Below, one piece after another: positions 11,301-23,838 of a stretch of 45,171 nt of DNA. A model generated the notes under the pieces. It saw only the letters and a program-made list of their open reading frames with translations. It searched no databases and was not told the DNA's origin. The stretch covers positions 1 to 45,171 of the forward strand of contig CDMY01000600.1 of the NCBI GenBank assembly GCA_001179505.1. Direction: 5' to 3'. This stretch comes from Vitrella brassicaformis CCMP3155. Lineage: Eukaryota > Protista > Chromerida. The translations under genes and the position numbers were made by a program. Position 1 is the first letter of the stretch; every line of letters starts with the position of its first letter.

Positions 11301-14242
11301 GCGTGTGTGCACTCGTCGCTCACCTGAGTGTGGCGAGGTCTTCTTGTTTGGCGGTGGGCGGTGTGGTGGCCTGGTCCATGTGCGAGGCGAATCGTTTCTT
11401 CTTGGCCTCTCGCTTGCCCTGCTGGCTCAGCAGCGGGTGGTCGGGCACCAACCGACACATGGTCGCATACACACACTCGCCAACGTGCCTGCATGGTCAG
11501 TAAACGGAAAACGCAGGCAGGTGATATCTGCAGCTGTGGTGCATTGCACTGTGATGTATACCTGACAAGCGCCGGCTCGGAGAAGACACGCAAGACGGCC
11601 AGGCGACCCTCAGGGCTACCCAGCAGCAGATCGATACGCTGCGCGACACGCACATGCACAATCCGCATCATACAGAAAGAAGCCCCTCCCCTTCTCCCCG
11701 TCAATAAATTCTCACCTGCAGCAGGTCGATGGATGGTTCCGTGCCGCTCTCCAAGAGCTGCCCCGCTAGCCTGGCCGCTTGCATGTGGTGGCCCAGCACA
11801 GACACCACGTAGTAGAGCGGCGGCAAACACCCGCTGCTGCCGCTCAGAGAGCCGCTAGCGGCCGCACCCTTTTCCTCGGTGAGAGCATTGATGGACGGGA
11901 TACACCCGTCGCCAGTTGCCTGGTCTCCCTTGGCCTCCTGCTTGACGGCCTGTGGTGTGCCCTTGGTCTGGGTGGCGGTGTTAAGCAGCACATGGAGGGG
12001 CGCGGGGGCGCTACACAGGACCTCCATCGCACCAGAACACCTGAACGAGAGGACGTCAGATAGGACCTGAACGGATTGGTAGATGGGTGTCACTACCTGA
12101 GCAGCATGTGCACGAGTTTGGAGCACGCAGCGACGAGCGACACCAACAGCTGGGGAGGGTGTGTGTCGAGGGGCGAGGGCGACGCGGCCGCAGTGGGCGT
12201 CTCGTATGTGTGCAGCTCCAGTGCCGTTTCGCTCCCAGAGGCTTCCATCAGCAGATAAGACACCGACAGGATGGTGCGGTGACGCTGAAGAGGACCAGAC
12301 AGATGAGAGATGAAGGAGGGAGCAGTGAGTTGTGTCGTGTCGTGCTGTCGGTACCTGCATGTAGCTCTGCAAGTATACTGGCATTGACGGTTGACAGCAA
12401 GTGACGGCATCGAAGTACTCTTGACGGCTCGCATCGTCCGGCAAAGAAGCATCTGCGGCCTGCATCAACACATGCGCTGTTAGCGACATTCACCTGTCTC
12501 CTCGGCAGTGCGTGTGTACCATTCTCGCCGGGTGTGTGGGGTGCAGGTGTGGTTCCATCTCAGCGTAGGCGCTCTCCACAGCCCCGATGGCGTCGACCCA
12601 ACGAGCAAGCAGCGCATCATCCTGCAAAAGGCACCACAAGTGCAGACCACTTCGTCTCCGCCCACTTCGTCTCCGCCCAGTGCTCTTCTCGTCCCTCTGA
12701 CCTTGTGGGCTTGCTGTTCCCTCGCCGTCGCCAGCTCCTTGGCAACAGCACTCAGCCTGGCGAGTCTGTCGAAGAGCTGCACACGCTGCAGCACCACACG
12801 GAAGCCACTCTGGAGGGGCACCCATGTGACCGCGGCCTTGTTGACGGTCAGAAGGCTGTGGACGATGCCCTGGAGGGGCGTCGCCTCGTCTGCTCGTCGT
12901 GAGCCCAATAGGTACTCAACGGCATCAGCGTGGTTGGTGGCCTCAACCAGCACACCCAACAGAGCAACCTGAGTGACACACACACCGACCAATTGGCACC
13001 TGTATGTGCGTGTGTATTTATTGTGTTCTCACCTTGAGTCTGGTGCCCATTCCCTCTCTGCACATGAGGTCCACCAGTGCCCCCATCCCCCCGCCAGCCA
13101 GCCACTCCCTCGCCATTGACCGACGATTGACACACAACACCACCCGATTCACTGCTGCAGCGCCATAGATGAGCTTGGTCGCCTCGCCGACGCCCCCAGA
13201 CCCGTCCGCCTCCACCTTCTCGTGAGCCCATACCAGAGACCTAGCGGCAATTGAGGCGATACGAGCCAGGGTGGATGGGCTGCTCGAGAGGAAACATGAG
13301 CCCCCCTCTCGGTGCGGCCACACGGCGCCTATAGTGTCGTGCTGGGCAGCAATTGCCCTCTCCAGCTCTTGAGTGAGGGTTTGAAGCTGATCGGGCAGGT
13401 CTACCGCGGCAACAGGCGAGCTCGATGCAAAGGTCTCCTCCACAACAGCAAGGCACCTCTCAACCTCCTCATCAGCCCCATGTGACGCATCGCCGTTAGG
13501 GTCACGCTTCACCAACACCTGGTGTGGCGTGCTGAAGGGCACCATGGCCTGCTCGGCCTGGATAACTCTCTGGCGGACGTGCCGCGCCGCTAGAGTGACG
13601 GCTGCTGGTTTGGGCAGCAATGGGGAGAGGGGCAGATCGGGTGTGATGGATGTGAGCCGGCGGATCTTGAGGCGACGCAGCAACTCGTGATCCACCTCAG
13701 GAAGCAGCTCGGCAGGAACAGACCTGACACACACAAGAAAAACAAAACACAAACAAGTGCCGAAGCGGCATGCCATGCTACTGGTCGTGTGTGCCTCACC
13801 TCTTCCGCCCCTTTTCGAGTTCAGCGCTGCCGGGCATGAGAGGGCTGCCGAAGACCAGCACACTCAGGCACGAGTACTCGCCCCTCAACACGATCTCGTT
13901 GGTCACCGCATTGGCCTCCTCAGCCACCAGCAGCGCTGCCTTGGGCGGCGGCTCCATGACCAGCTGCAGCGGCACATACGCCCTCACGCCATCGTCGCGC
14001 ACAAAGAAGCCCGAGAGGTTGCATTGCGGCGGCTCTGGTAGGGTCTCGCCCTCGATAGAGAGGCCCTGCACCAGGTGTGACTTGCATCCGTATGAGAGCA
14101 CCTCCACGTGGTCGAGGACGACAGGGTGGTGGAACTGGATGCGGTCAGTGCGGGCGGCGACGTCATCGTGGGACAGATGCTGACTGTGAACGAGTGAGTC
14201 ACACAACAGAGGCCGGTCAATCCCGTCGACGCGAACAGGCAT
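5370..14242 (-). CDS. VIRMA: Virilizer / VIRMA (KIAA1429) homolog, m6A methyltransferase complex scaffold; multi-exon
   Basis: Exon 1 (14242-13800) encodes LLCDSLVH..DRIQFHHPVVLDHVEVL..EGETLP..TNEIVLRGEYSCLSVLVFGS, which matches the Virilizer N-terminal domain pattern (LLFADTFKH..DVVRFP..GETSP..TDGLVLRGWYNCLTLAIYGS). Near the C-terminus (about 6210-6275), DTFRMRRARRDLSRPPSKHVDDF matches the Virilizer motif DxFRQRKxNTSRPPSMHVDD. The last exon ends KVLETNPQMSHILRMANLHF with TAA at 5370-5372. Intervening minus-strand ORFs read as helical-repeat exons separated by GT-AG introns. Confidence 0.88.
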
Positions 14243-14330
14243 GCTGGTGGAAGATCTCGGGTTGTGGGCCTCTCTAAGCTACTCCACGACCTTCCTTGAT
14301 GTCAATTTTCGCAAGAGTGAATAATCCCAG

Positions 14331-14352
14331 TGCGAGCTGAGATCTGCGAGCT
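14331..14352 (-). promoter_or_regulatory. Two AGCTCGCA motifs in the divergent VIRMA / coiled-coil gene intergenic gap
   Basis: TGCGAGCT at 14331-14338 and 14345-14352, between ATGs 14242 (minus) and 14387 (plus). Confidence 0.55.
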
Positions 14353-14386
14353 AAGCGAACAGTGTTTACGTTTGGCGCAGGAAGGG

Positions 14387-17300
14387 ATGAGGTTTCTTGT
14401 GTGCGTTCTGTGGGTGTTTGAGGTCAGCCGTGCCGTCGCCCAGTCCCCTTCAACGACTGCCATTCTTGGGGAGAGCGATGGCATCCTATCTGACCTCAGC
14501 GTGACGCTGTCAGCCCTGATAAACAATGAGAAGGCCGCTGGCGAGAAGACAGCGGCATGGTGCTCCAGCCAGCGAGACTTCCTCACTGCAAAGAGAACAC
14601 AGCACGTCACACTCATCGACGAACTGGCCGCAACCATCATCGCCAAGACGGCAGAGGTTTCCCGGCTCAAGAGTGAGATTCGCTCCGTTGAGGCATCCCT
14701 GGCCGACGCCCAAACGTCCTACGACAGCGCTGTGAGCGTCCGGCGGACAGAGCGGCAACAGTATGAGGGTGACCTCAAGAGCGCAACGAGTACCATAGCC
14801 GCCCTGACTTTGGCAATTGGCCATGTGGAGAATCGCACCATTATCGAGGGAGGGGATATACCGTCGGCCTCTGCAGGTGTCAGCCTGGGGCAGGTTGGCC
14901 GGGAGACATCGCCCAAGCAGCTGCAGGTCTATGTGCAGGCGGCTATTAGCCTGCTGGACCAGCTGCGAGCCGTTTCGTCCTCCGTGGTCGACAAAGAGCC
15001 ACAGCACCACCTGCGGCCAGTATCCTTTCTTCAGCTGGCTCTCAAAGGCAAGGCGGGGCGGCACCCAGCACATCATCGATTCAAGGACAGGAGAGTCAGT
15101 GTGACCATTCATTCCAAGCTGCCGCAGCTGCTCACAGCCGTGTCAAGAATTGTCAGCGAGATCTCACGGCCGAGAGCCCCTCAGGAGCTGCCTTCGCTGC
15201 CCTTTGTGAGTCGTCTGACTGGGCAATGTGAAATGCTAGAGGCGTTCCTGCAGGAGCTGGTCATGCAGCTACCGCTGTTCGAATTGGGTCAGGAGGAGCA
15301 GTATGTGCGGGGGATGGGCAGGACGCATCACCTAACGGAAAGGCAGCACTTTGGCCTCACATTCTTCCAGCGGGAACAGCTCGATCGCATCAAACAGGTG
15401 CGACCAAATGTGTTTGTTGTGTGAGGCAGGTCATTGTAATTCATCTTGTTGTCTGGGCCTGCAGGTATCTCGGGCTCTTCCCACTGCCATCCAGCGCCTT
15501 CATCAGCTGCAGCAGCTGTCCACCTTTCCCGTCCCTCCCCCGTCCCTCCATCATTTCGCCGATCAGCTCCTTTCCCAAGTCCGTCTCACCCTCATCGACC
15601 TCGGCATGACACTATCGCGGCTGCTACTCAAGGCCGATGCCCACCTGTACGCCTTGGAGCGGCAACTCGTCTACATGCCGCACACACATGCGCCTTCTAT
15701 TTTTCATACAACCAAGACACACAAATTGAGCAACAGGAAAACAGCCAAAGCAGCTCCTGTCGTCGTCCATTCCAAGCTCAACTTGGACAATGTTCCTTCC
15801 AGCACGGCAGCCAAGTCATCCGAGGCGCTGGATGTGATCCTTCATGGGCTGAAGGAGAGTGGCGAGTTGCTGCTTCAGGACAAGCTGTTGGAGGCCGATG
15901 CGTCTGATGTCAAGAGGACAATTCGGCAGCTGCAAAAGGCGCGGAGTGCATTAGCAAGGGGAGTCGCCGGCAGCCGATGCATTGCGGATGTGCGCAAGAC
16001 CATCAGCAGGGCGGCAGCCCTCTTTCTGTCGCTCGCTCGGGATGGCGCTGACGGACAGACCGACGACACTGATCCCAAACTCATACTCAGGTGGCCGCAC
16101 AATCGAAGACCGTCACAGGTTGGATGATGTGTCGCAATGCGTGTGTATGTGTGCGTGTCCCAACAGACTCTTCAACTTGATTGCTCTGTCAGCAGAGCTT
16201 GAGCGCGCTGCTACCCACCACCGTCCCGTTCATATGGATGGCCCTGCATCCTCCCTCACGTCTCTCATCAAGTCCCTGCACGCCAACATTCACGCCCTCA
16301 AGCACCACATGCAAGTCGCTGTCGATACGTCGGTCCACCCGCTCGCCATCAGACAGGTCAGGCACTTCAGGCACCGGCAAAAGAGCGCCAGGCGGGGAGT
16401 GATCTTGCTTGAGGTGACATCGGGAAGAAGAGGAGAGAGCCGGGCCGCTGAAGGTCCAGATTATCTTGACGCGTCTCCGACTTTCAACTCGGCGTACACG
16501 CCACAGGTGAGGTCATGAGATGTGTTAATGGAAGCCATAGGGCTGTGTACTTGTGTGTTGTTTGCAGTCTGATCAAATCCTCGGCGTGTTGAAGAATTTG
16601 AAGGACAACTTCGTCAGCGGTTTGGCTGAGCTGAATGCTACGGAAACAAGACGACAGACTGACTTCGAGACCCTCATAGAATCGAAGCGAGTACGCAGAC
16701 AGACACAACAGAGAATACTGACAGATTGGCATCTTACTCTTGTTTGCAGGATGAGGTGGCTTTGATGCGGACCGACCTCCAGCGCAAGCGCCACTATCTG
16801 GCTGAGGCACAGACCCTATTGCACGTCGCCAGCGCACAGCGAAACACACTCAAGGAGGGCACGTCGGCAGAGGAGTCGGCCACTGTCACCCTCGTCACCA
16901 GCTGCCAGGCGCTGCAGCAGGAGAGCAACAAGAAGCTGAAGGCAACGGAGGACACCCTGTTGGCTGTCGACATGACCCTGAAGAAGGTGCAGGGGTTGCT
17001 GGAGAGCAGCGAGGAGGCCGCCGTGATGACCACTCCATCCCCTTCTATGCAAGCTGCTATCGCTGCCGCCACTGAAGTTGCCCTTTCCGCCAACAGGCCA
17101 GCGCAGCCTGCGGCAAACAAAACACAGCTGCCCCAATTGAATGCAACCACACCGCAGCCAACATTTTCTTCACCCAGCTTTCAGTTGCATGGCCAAGCTG
17201 CGACAGTTGCCGTTCCTGCGAGCGAGATCAGCACAAGAGCTGCGGAGACGGAAGCGTCAGCAAGGCCGCCTGGCAATGTCAGAGGTGCGACGGCGCAAGT

Positions 17301-19824
17301 GGTGCTGGAGTCGGCTGGCGGCGATGGTCAAGGCAGCAAACGGCCGTCCATGCTGGCCAAGGGGCAGCAAGAGCGTTATGACGCCTATCCCGAAGCCCCG
17401 TTCCCATACCGCCAGTATGGCCCCCAGTACCCGCCGCCATGGTCGTATCAGCAGATGCCCCAGGCATACATGGGGCCGTACCCTTCCCCCAACCACCGCT
17501 CTCCTTCTACGGCCCTCCTCCTCCCTTCCAACCGACCCTCACTGCCGACACGTATAGTTATCCCGCACCCCTTCCCCCACAGCTGCCAAGGCGACAGGCA
17601 ATGGCGCAGCCGCACCACTCACAGCCTTTCACAAACCAAGATGCTGAGGGTAGAAAGGAGCTATCACAGACAGCGACAGTGTAACTGTTCGCGACAGGTA
17701 GGTGCGACACGAACTCATCTCATCAATCTCCTCACACACGCCTCTTTGGACAGGTGGTGCGGTGACTCCTGAAGACCAGTCCAAGGCGAGTGGTCTACCT
17801 CCCGCGCAAGCCGACCAACAGCCACCCTCTCATCACACACAAGGAGATCCAGTCAGCAAGGAGTCTTTTGCGGCCGAGAGCGAGGCGCGATCCACCCATT
17901 GGCGGCCGCCACAAGACGATCAGCAGCAGGAGGAGGGCCAGGTGCAGGCCATACTGCAAAGCGTCGGGCTGCCCCTGACGCCACCGACCGAGACACAAGC
18001 CACGCAGCAAATGGAGCCTTCCGTCGATCCGGTGCCACCAACCTCTTCGAAGCGCATCAACAAGTGGAGGGCCATGCTCATGGAGCAGCCAACCAGCAGC
18101 AGCGACGGCAAGGTCTTCCATGGCCTCAGCGACCCATTTGCAGAGACTTCTCCGTCCTATGGCGGTCCAGCATCAATGCAGCAGAGACCCTCATCATCCC
18201 AGCTGCAGGCGACGGCGGTCAGTGACATGCTCAGCGGCATCAGCCTGATCCAGGGAAACGTCTCGGTCAGCCGCCAAGCAGCCCGAAAGTCGTCTTCGCT
18301 GGGAGTGGCCGTTGCGAGGAGTCTTTTCCAGTCCGCCGCAAGGGAATTGGGGTCGCCGAATATGGACAAGCTTGCGGATGCCGTCATAAAGATGTCTGAT
18401 AAGGCAAGTACAGACAATTACAAGATGCATGAGCACACCAAAATCCCTGGGTTCGTTGCTTTTAAAGGACGCGGCGAGCATGTTGAAGGGTCTGGAGAAG
18501 ACCCTGACCGACAAGCTCCATCATCACGCCAATAGCACCGCGGCAACCAATGCCTCGGCAGCCAACTCAACCATCATGACCGCACATCACCAGAGCGACA
18601 CATCGAGGACACAGGAGAGCCAGCTCACCAGCCGGACGGGCGCTAACTTGACTGAATCTGCAGCGGCAGCGGAGACGCTTGACGGCACCAGCGACAACCA
18701 AACGGTCAGCAAAAACCTGCAGGGGCATGGCTGGGCGATGTGTGCAGTGCAGTGCATTGCTTGTATGCAGAACAAGTGCATGGCGGACAAACCTGGCGGC
18801 CATGACGGCATACCAAGAGGCAAAAGTCAAGTAACATTCAGAAAAAGAAGGAATGCCGCCATAGGTGACGTGACCACTGTGGATTGTTTAATAGGTATCT
18901 GGCGGCCAACGAGACTGTAGTTGAGGTGCGGGCAGAGATTCAAGGTTTGAACAAGTCCCAAAGCCACCTCATCGACCTACAGGTCCGGGCACGCGAGAGA
19001 CACAATCCATCGGATGAAGTTTCCTGGATTTTGTTGCTCCAGGGTGTGTTCAGCGGTATATCTGAGAAGATCAATGAGGAAATGGACGCTCTCAGCGGTG
19101 ACTGCTCTACCGTCATCACTGTCACACAAACAGCAAAGGTGGGGAACCCCGATGTCAAAGAAAAGCCCCCATTTGTTGCCGATCGATCCCCGGGTGCCAT
19201 TTCAGACAAATGTTGACCGCATGGTGAATGAGGCGAAGGCCCTCGCAGCCGCAAAACCTCGTGACGCAGAGGCCGCGCAGCTGCTTGTTCTCGCCGACAC
19301 GCTCGATAACAAGGTGCCACGGATACATGGGTGCATGCAACAAATGAGTGCCGAGTGTTTCAGACGTCAGCGCTCGTGTCCCTTCACACAAAGAGCATGC
19401 TGGCCAATGGCCGGTGCGCCACTGTCATGCACCTCGATACTCTCAAGGCACAAGTGGCAGCCGCCAAAACCAAATGGGAGAAGGCAGCGTTTGGCACACA
19501 AGATGCGCTGGCAGCCAAGACAAGAGAGCTCGACAGTGCCCAGAGGAATGCCACTGAGGCAGCCGGTGCCTTCGCTTTTTCCCTCCAAGTCCTCGCACAC
19601 GCACAGGTGGGGAGGGAACGAGAATTATATCATTGAGTGTGCGTGCCACAAGTGTCTCGTCCTCTTGTTGTTGCCAGTCTCGATGCGAACAGGTCGGTAT
19701 AGAGTTGCGGGCGAGGGTGGAGCGTCGGCTGACGGAGCTGCTGACGGTGCGGACGGCAGTGGCACTCATCGAAGGCCGAGCACCGCATATCCCATTGCAG
19801 CAAAGACAACAGGGCGGGGCGTGA
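14387..19824 (+). CDS. Large secreted multi-module coiled-coil protein resembling alveolate trichocyst-matrix/extrusome precursors; multi-exon
   Basis: Signal peptide MRFLVCVLWVFEVSRAVA. Repeated coiled-coil modules with a single Cys (TAAWCSSQRD..; DQILGVLKNLKDNFVSGLAELNATE..LVTSCQALQQE..; LSGDCSTV..; NGRCATV..). SFLQL-type motifs (RPVSFLQLALK, SGISLIQG). Pro/Ala/Gln/Tyr-rich linker at about 17030-18200. Stop TGA 19822-19824. That this is one gene is inferred. Confidence 0.55.
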
Positions 19825-20181
19825 ACACCAAGCTCAGCTGACTGCCGATGAATGAGCGTACACGAGTGGGTGAGTAAGCTAGGCATTTCATTGATGCTTG
19901 TCGAGCGCGGCTCAGCGGCCGGGCTAGACACTGCATGACTTTTGACAGTCGAATGGCATGAATGATCCGCATTTGTGTGTTCCATCTGCCCCATCCATCC
20001 ATCCATCGATTTGATGTGTAGAGAGTAGAGTCTTAAATGCATGTACGTATGCAACATCGATCAGCCAGAATCGATCGATGGTCCGACCAAAAATGAGTCA
20101 GTGTCACTTCACAATCCATCCATCTATTCATCCATCCATCCATCACTCGCCAAGAAGCTTCGACCATCCACCCGGTGCGGG

Positions 20182-23100
20182 TCACACACGCGTGAACTTC
20201 AACTGCATGTGCTTCATGTTGTAGTCATTGTAATCGCGCGTCGTGAGGTCGATGTGGCCAACGTCGAACCGCCCGCCCATCTTGCCCGCGATGGCATCAC
20301 TGCTCTCCAGCAGCTCAAACAGACGTTCTCCTAAGAAAGCTCCGGAGTCCTTCAGGAACTCCAACGTGAGGTTGTGGATACCGCGCAGCTCCAGCAGAGA
20401 CACCACACACTCGTAGAGCCGCCCAGCCGTCACAGACACATCAGGACGAACACCACGCGGGTCTGCAGACACACAACATTCATTCTTGCTGCACATCTCC
20501 GCTGTCACTACGCTGTCACTCACCAATGTCGTCGTCATCCTTTCCTTCTGCCACACACACACACACACACACACACGGAGAAAGAGAGAGAGAGAGAGAG
20601 AGAGGTCTCAGCCTCTTCCTTCAGCGTCCCATGTCGCCCTCTCTCACCGAGTGTGATGAGCAAATCCTCGATGATGGGCAAGCTTGCACGTTCCTGCCCC
20701 CACATGAGAAAGGATGACTCCGTCTGCTCTGTCGTCGATGGCTGCACATGGACGGTCGTCACCGTCTTGTCGGGCCCGATCGCCTTGAGCATGCCGAGGG
20801 CGCTGTTGTGGCCGGTGCGGCAGGTCGCCTGCAGCCTGGCGGGATCCTCATCGGAAGCCTTGAATGCCAGCGCCGCTCCCACCGCCGCCCCGACGGGACA
20901 CTCGACCAGCACCATAGCGGGGCTGAGTCAGCAGGGAAATGGACACAGATTCATTGAGCTTGGTGCCGTCCATTCATTCGTGTGTTCACCTGGTTGGACG
21001 TCTTTCCTCTACCCCGGGGGGCAGCCCAAAGAAGCACCTTCTGAGAGGCAGAGGGCGGCGGTCCAGCCGGGGCGGTGCGCGGGGGCCGAATGGGGAGGGG
21101 CACTTCTTGGTGATGTCGATGAGCTTGGCAAGAGTGGATGTGGGGGCCGGTGTGTCGGGCTGGTCGGCGAGGTTCGGACCTATGATGTAGACCGTCTCTG
21201 CCTTGTCGAAGGTGAGCGATGCTGCCAGGGCGGCGATGCCAGTGCTGGGTGGCGTGTCGGGGTTGTCGATGTGGTCCTGGGTGATGACCCACGTCAGGTA
21301 GGGCACTTTGTTGACGACGTCCCGCACCCATCCTGCCATGTCTGCCGGGGGCGTGTCCGGCAGCTGATGGAGGGAGGCAAGGTCGAAGCAATTGCATGGG
21401 AAGTCCTCGAGGGACGAGTTGGTGGGATGGTAGTGGAACACGATCTCCATGCTGGGTTTGCCTACAGCTGCCTTGAAGGCGTGCAGGTCTTGCAGGAAGT
21501 CGACGAAGCGGAAGGCATGGCGTGAGTCCGCAGCTGGCCGGTCGAAGAGCACCGTGAGAGACTCCAACTGCTGCCGGCAGCCAAGTGACATCAGCGTCTC
21601 CTGCACACGACAAAAGGCATTCATCGACACCACATGCATGCCATTTGTGATTCTCTTTTTTGCGCACCTGCAGTTCCTTCAGATGGCTCCGGCGATAGCC
21701 GCGTCCGATCCTGAGCGGTCCGAGTCTCTCCAAGCGAGCCAGAGAACCCGGCTGGCAGTACTTGAAGACATCACGCCAGTCGGAGGGCCACAGCAGTGGT
21801 GGCCCAAATGTGGGGACGACGAACATGTAAGTAACGCACTCCAGACACTTGAGGCAGTGGGATCCACTGATCAGCTCGCCCAAATCCAATGTCGCGACGA
21901 CATGCTTCCTATCGGCCATGTCATCCACCAGTTCCCGCACTGGAATGCCTGTCACGCACCGCACCTCTTGAAGCGCCGGCGCCTGCCATTTCCTGGCCAG
22001 ATGGAAGAAGTAGGGCGGCGCTGCTGTGATGGTCGTGAGATGGGGCAGGCGGGTGCCGCGGCCGAATTGGAATATCTTGAAGGAGGGCTCCACAGGGCAG
22101 CTGGTCTTGAGGTGGATGGTGGTGAGTGTGCCGTTGCCCCTTGTGGCGTGCCCCTCCGCAATGTCGGCGACCAGGCCAGACCACCCCAGCCCCCCCTGCC
22201 AGTCGTCCAGCGGATGGTCATCATCGCGTCCATGGAAGACGTGCTTGTTGTCGTATCCAGCGGTGATGTGGGTCAAGTTGGCGAGCCTGCCGCCCCATGC
22301 CCTGGCATCCTCACGGCTCATCGACAGCCAGAAGTAGACCTCCTGGTGGTTGAGTCCATCGACGCTCAGTGTGCTGTGCTGGTCGTAGTAGGGGAAGACT
22401 GTCGGCTGGACGGATGGGGGGAGCAGACGAATGAAGTAGGGCGGCAGGAACGAGACAACCTCTCCAACCATCCCCGGCCTCCGGAACAAGAAGAAACATC
22501 CATGTTGGTTCCTTGTGTGCTGTGTGTGTGTGTGTGTTCTTTCTTTCTTTCTTTCTTTCTTTCTTCTGCCCGCTTGGCTGACCTTCCCAAAGAGCAACTT
22601 CACAATCTTCTTGATATCGTCAGCCGTGCCTGATGAGCGAGCATCAATAACCGACACACGTGTAACTCCATACTGCCTGGCTTGGTGAGATCCTGACCAG
22701 GAATGCCTCGACGGTCGGCCTCTCGAGCGCTACAGCCCCGGTCGAAGATGGGCAGTTGGTATCCTCTAGCTGAAATAATCGGCAGGGATGGACACAAGGG
22801 CATGCGCTGGTCCATTTCTCGTGTTTGTGTGTCGCCATACGCTGCCAGTCGAAGGGGATGGCGTCTCGCGGGATGTGGGCGTATTTGCCTGTGGACGTGC
22901 CGGCCTCCAGGGCAGCGAGTGCAGCAATGTCGTCGAATCCAACGTACTGACATCCACGCAGACGCCCGTGTCGGCTTGGTATGGCAGTGAGTGTCTTGAT
23001 GCCCTTATCACAATTCGTACCGCGATGATGCATGCGATGCGAGCGCAGGCCAGCTGAATGAGAGGGCGACAGTCGACAAACTCAGCCGCCTGCATCCCAC

Positions 23101-23635
23101 CACACCCACAGCACCAATGGGCACCGGCGGTATGTGTGGGGGGTTTGTCATATCGTACCAGAGTCAGCGAACAGAGACCGTCCACGGTTAGGCGTTCGAT
23201 GAACTTGGCGTCCCAGTCATCAGCAACAACCTGCACTCACACACGCACGACATCCTGCCGATGCACGTCGGCCCTCTCCCTCCCTCACTGACTGACTGTC
23301 AACTCTCACCTCCGTCAGTTCATCTGTTTGGATTGGCTTGCTGATGTCGGCAGCCTGGCCCTTGTGATGCTCCGCATATTCGATGATCTGCTCGAGCTGG
23401 GCGCTGTCGACGGCCGGCAGCGGGATGGGATCACTGCTCCCGCCTGAAGCAGAAGAAATGACATGCATTGTTACAGATCATCGGCCCGTGTGCCCTGATC
23501 CCATTGCCTCTCTGTCGTACTAGCGGCTGTCTGTGGCGCCGATTGAATGAAGCCGCACATCTTGGCGCCGCCCTCGCTCATCTCGTGCAGACGGCCGTCA
23601 TTTGACTGCACAACGACGCTACCCACGGACTCCAT
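20182..23635 (-). CDS. SKP1-like domain joined to a lineage-specific F-box-like/LRR-like body; multi-exon
   Basis: Exons 23635-23521, 23443-23310, 23230-23159 and 23089-23021 encode VVVQSNDGRLHEM..DPIPLPAVDSAQLEQIIEYAEHH..DWDAKFI..SLTLAAEFVDCRPLIQLACARIACII, the SKP1 signature. Phase-compatible exons 22946-22841, 22769-22674 and 22629-22583 lead into ORF 20951-22657 (GEVVSFLPP..FWLSMSREDARAWGGRLANL..VADIAEGH). Further exons end at TGA 20182-20184. Confidence 0.7.
20553..20602 (+). repeat. Compound (CA)n-(GA)n intronic microsatellite
   Basis: cacacacaca..ggagaaagagagagagag. It reads (CT)n(GT)n before a minus-strand acceptor. Similar compound arrays occur at 29073-29122, 42887-42952 and 43855-43887. 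Confidence 0.9.
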
Positions 23636-23670
23636 GATTACGCCAATGCTGAGGAGATGCTGAAAGCAGT

Positions 23671-23688
23671 TGCATGCAAAAGCTCGCA
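23671..23688 (+). promoter_or_regulatory. TGCATGCA plus AGCTCGCA in the divergent SKP1-like / F-box-like gap
   Basis: tgcatgca 23671-23678 and agctcgca 23681-23688, between ATGs 23635 (minus) and 23839 (plus). TGCATGCA is a known apicomplexan ApiAP2-type motif. Confidence 0.5.
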
Positions 23689-23838
23689 AAAGAAATGGAG
23701 AAGGGGAGTCCTTAGCAGGAGCCGAGGGGGGAAGGACAAGGAGGGCGTCAAAATCGCTGGAGGATGATCCGCTGTTCATGCTTCTTTCAGCGGCGGAGGA
23801 TAGGTTAGGACGGCCGTGGCACCGCAAGTGGCACCGCG

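Noticed and set aside
19980-20145. (CATC)n and ATCGAT-rich repeats between convergent genes as an array or element
   Set aside because: Short simple repeats with no spacer structure or conserved unit. Probably 3' UTR microsatellite.
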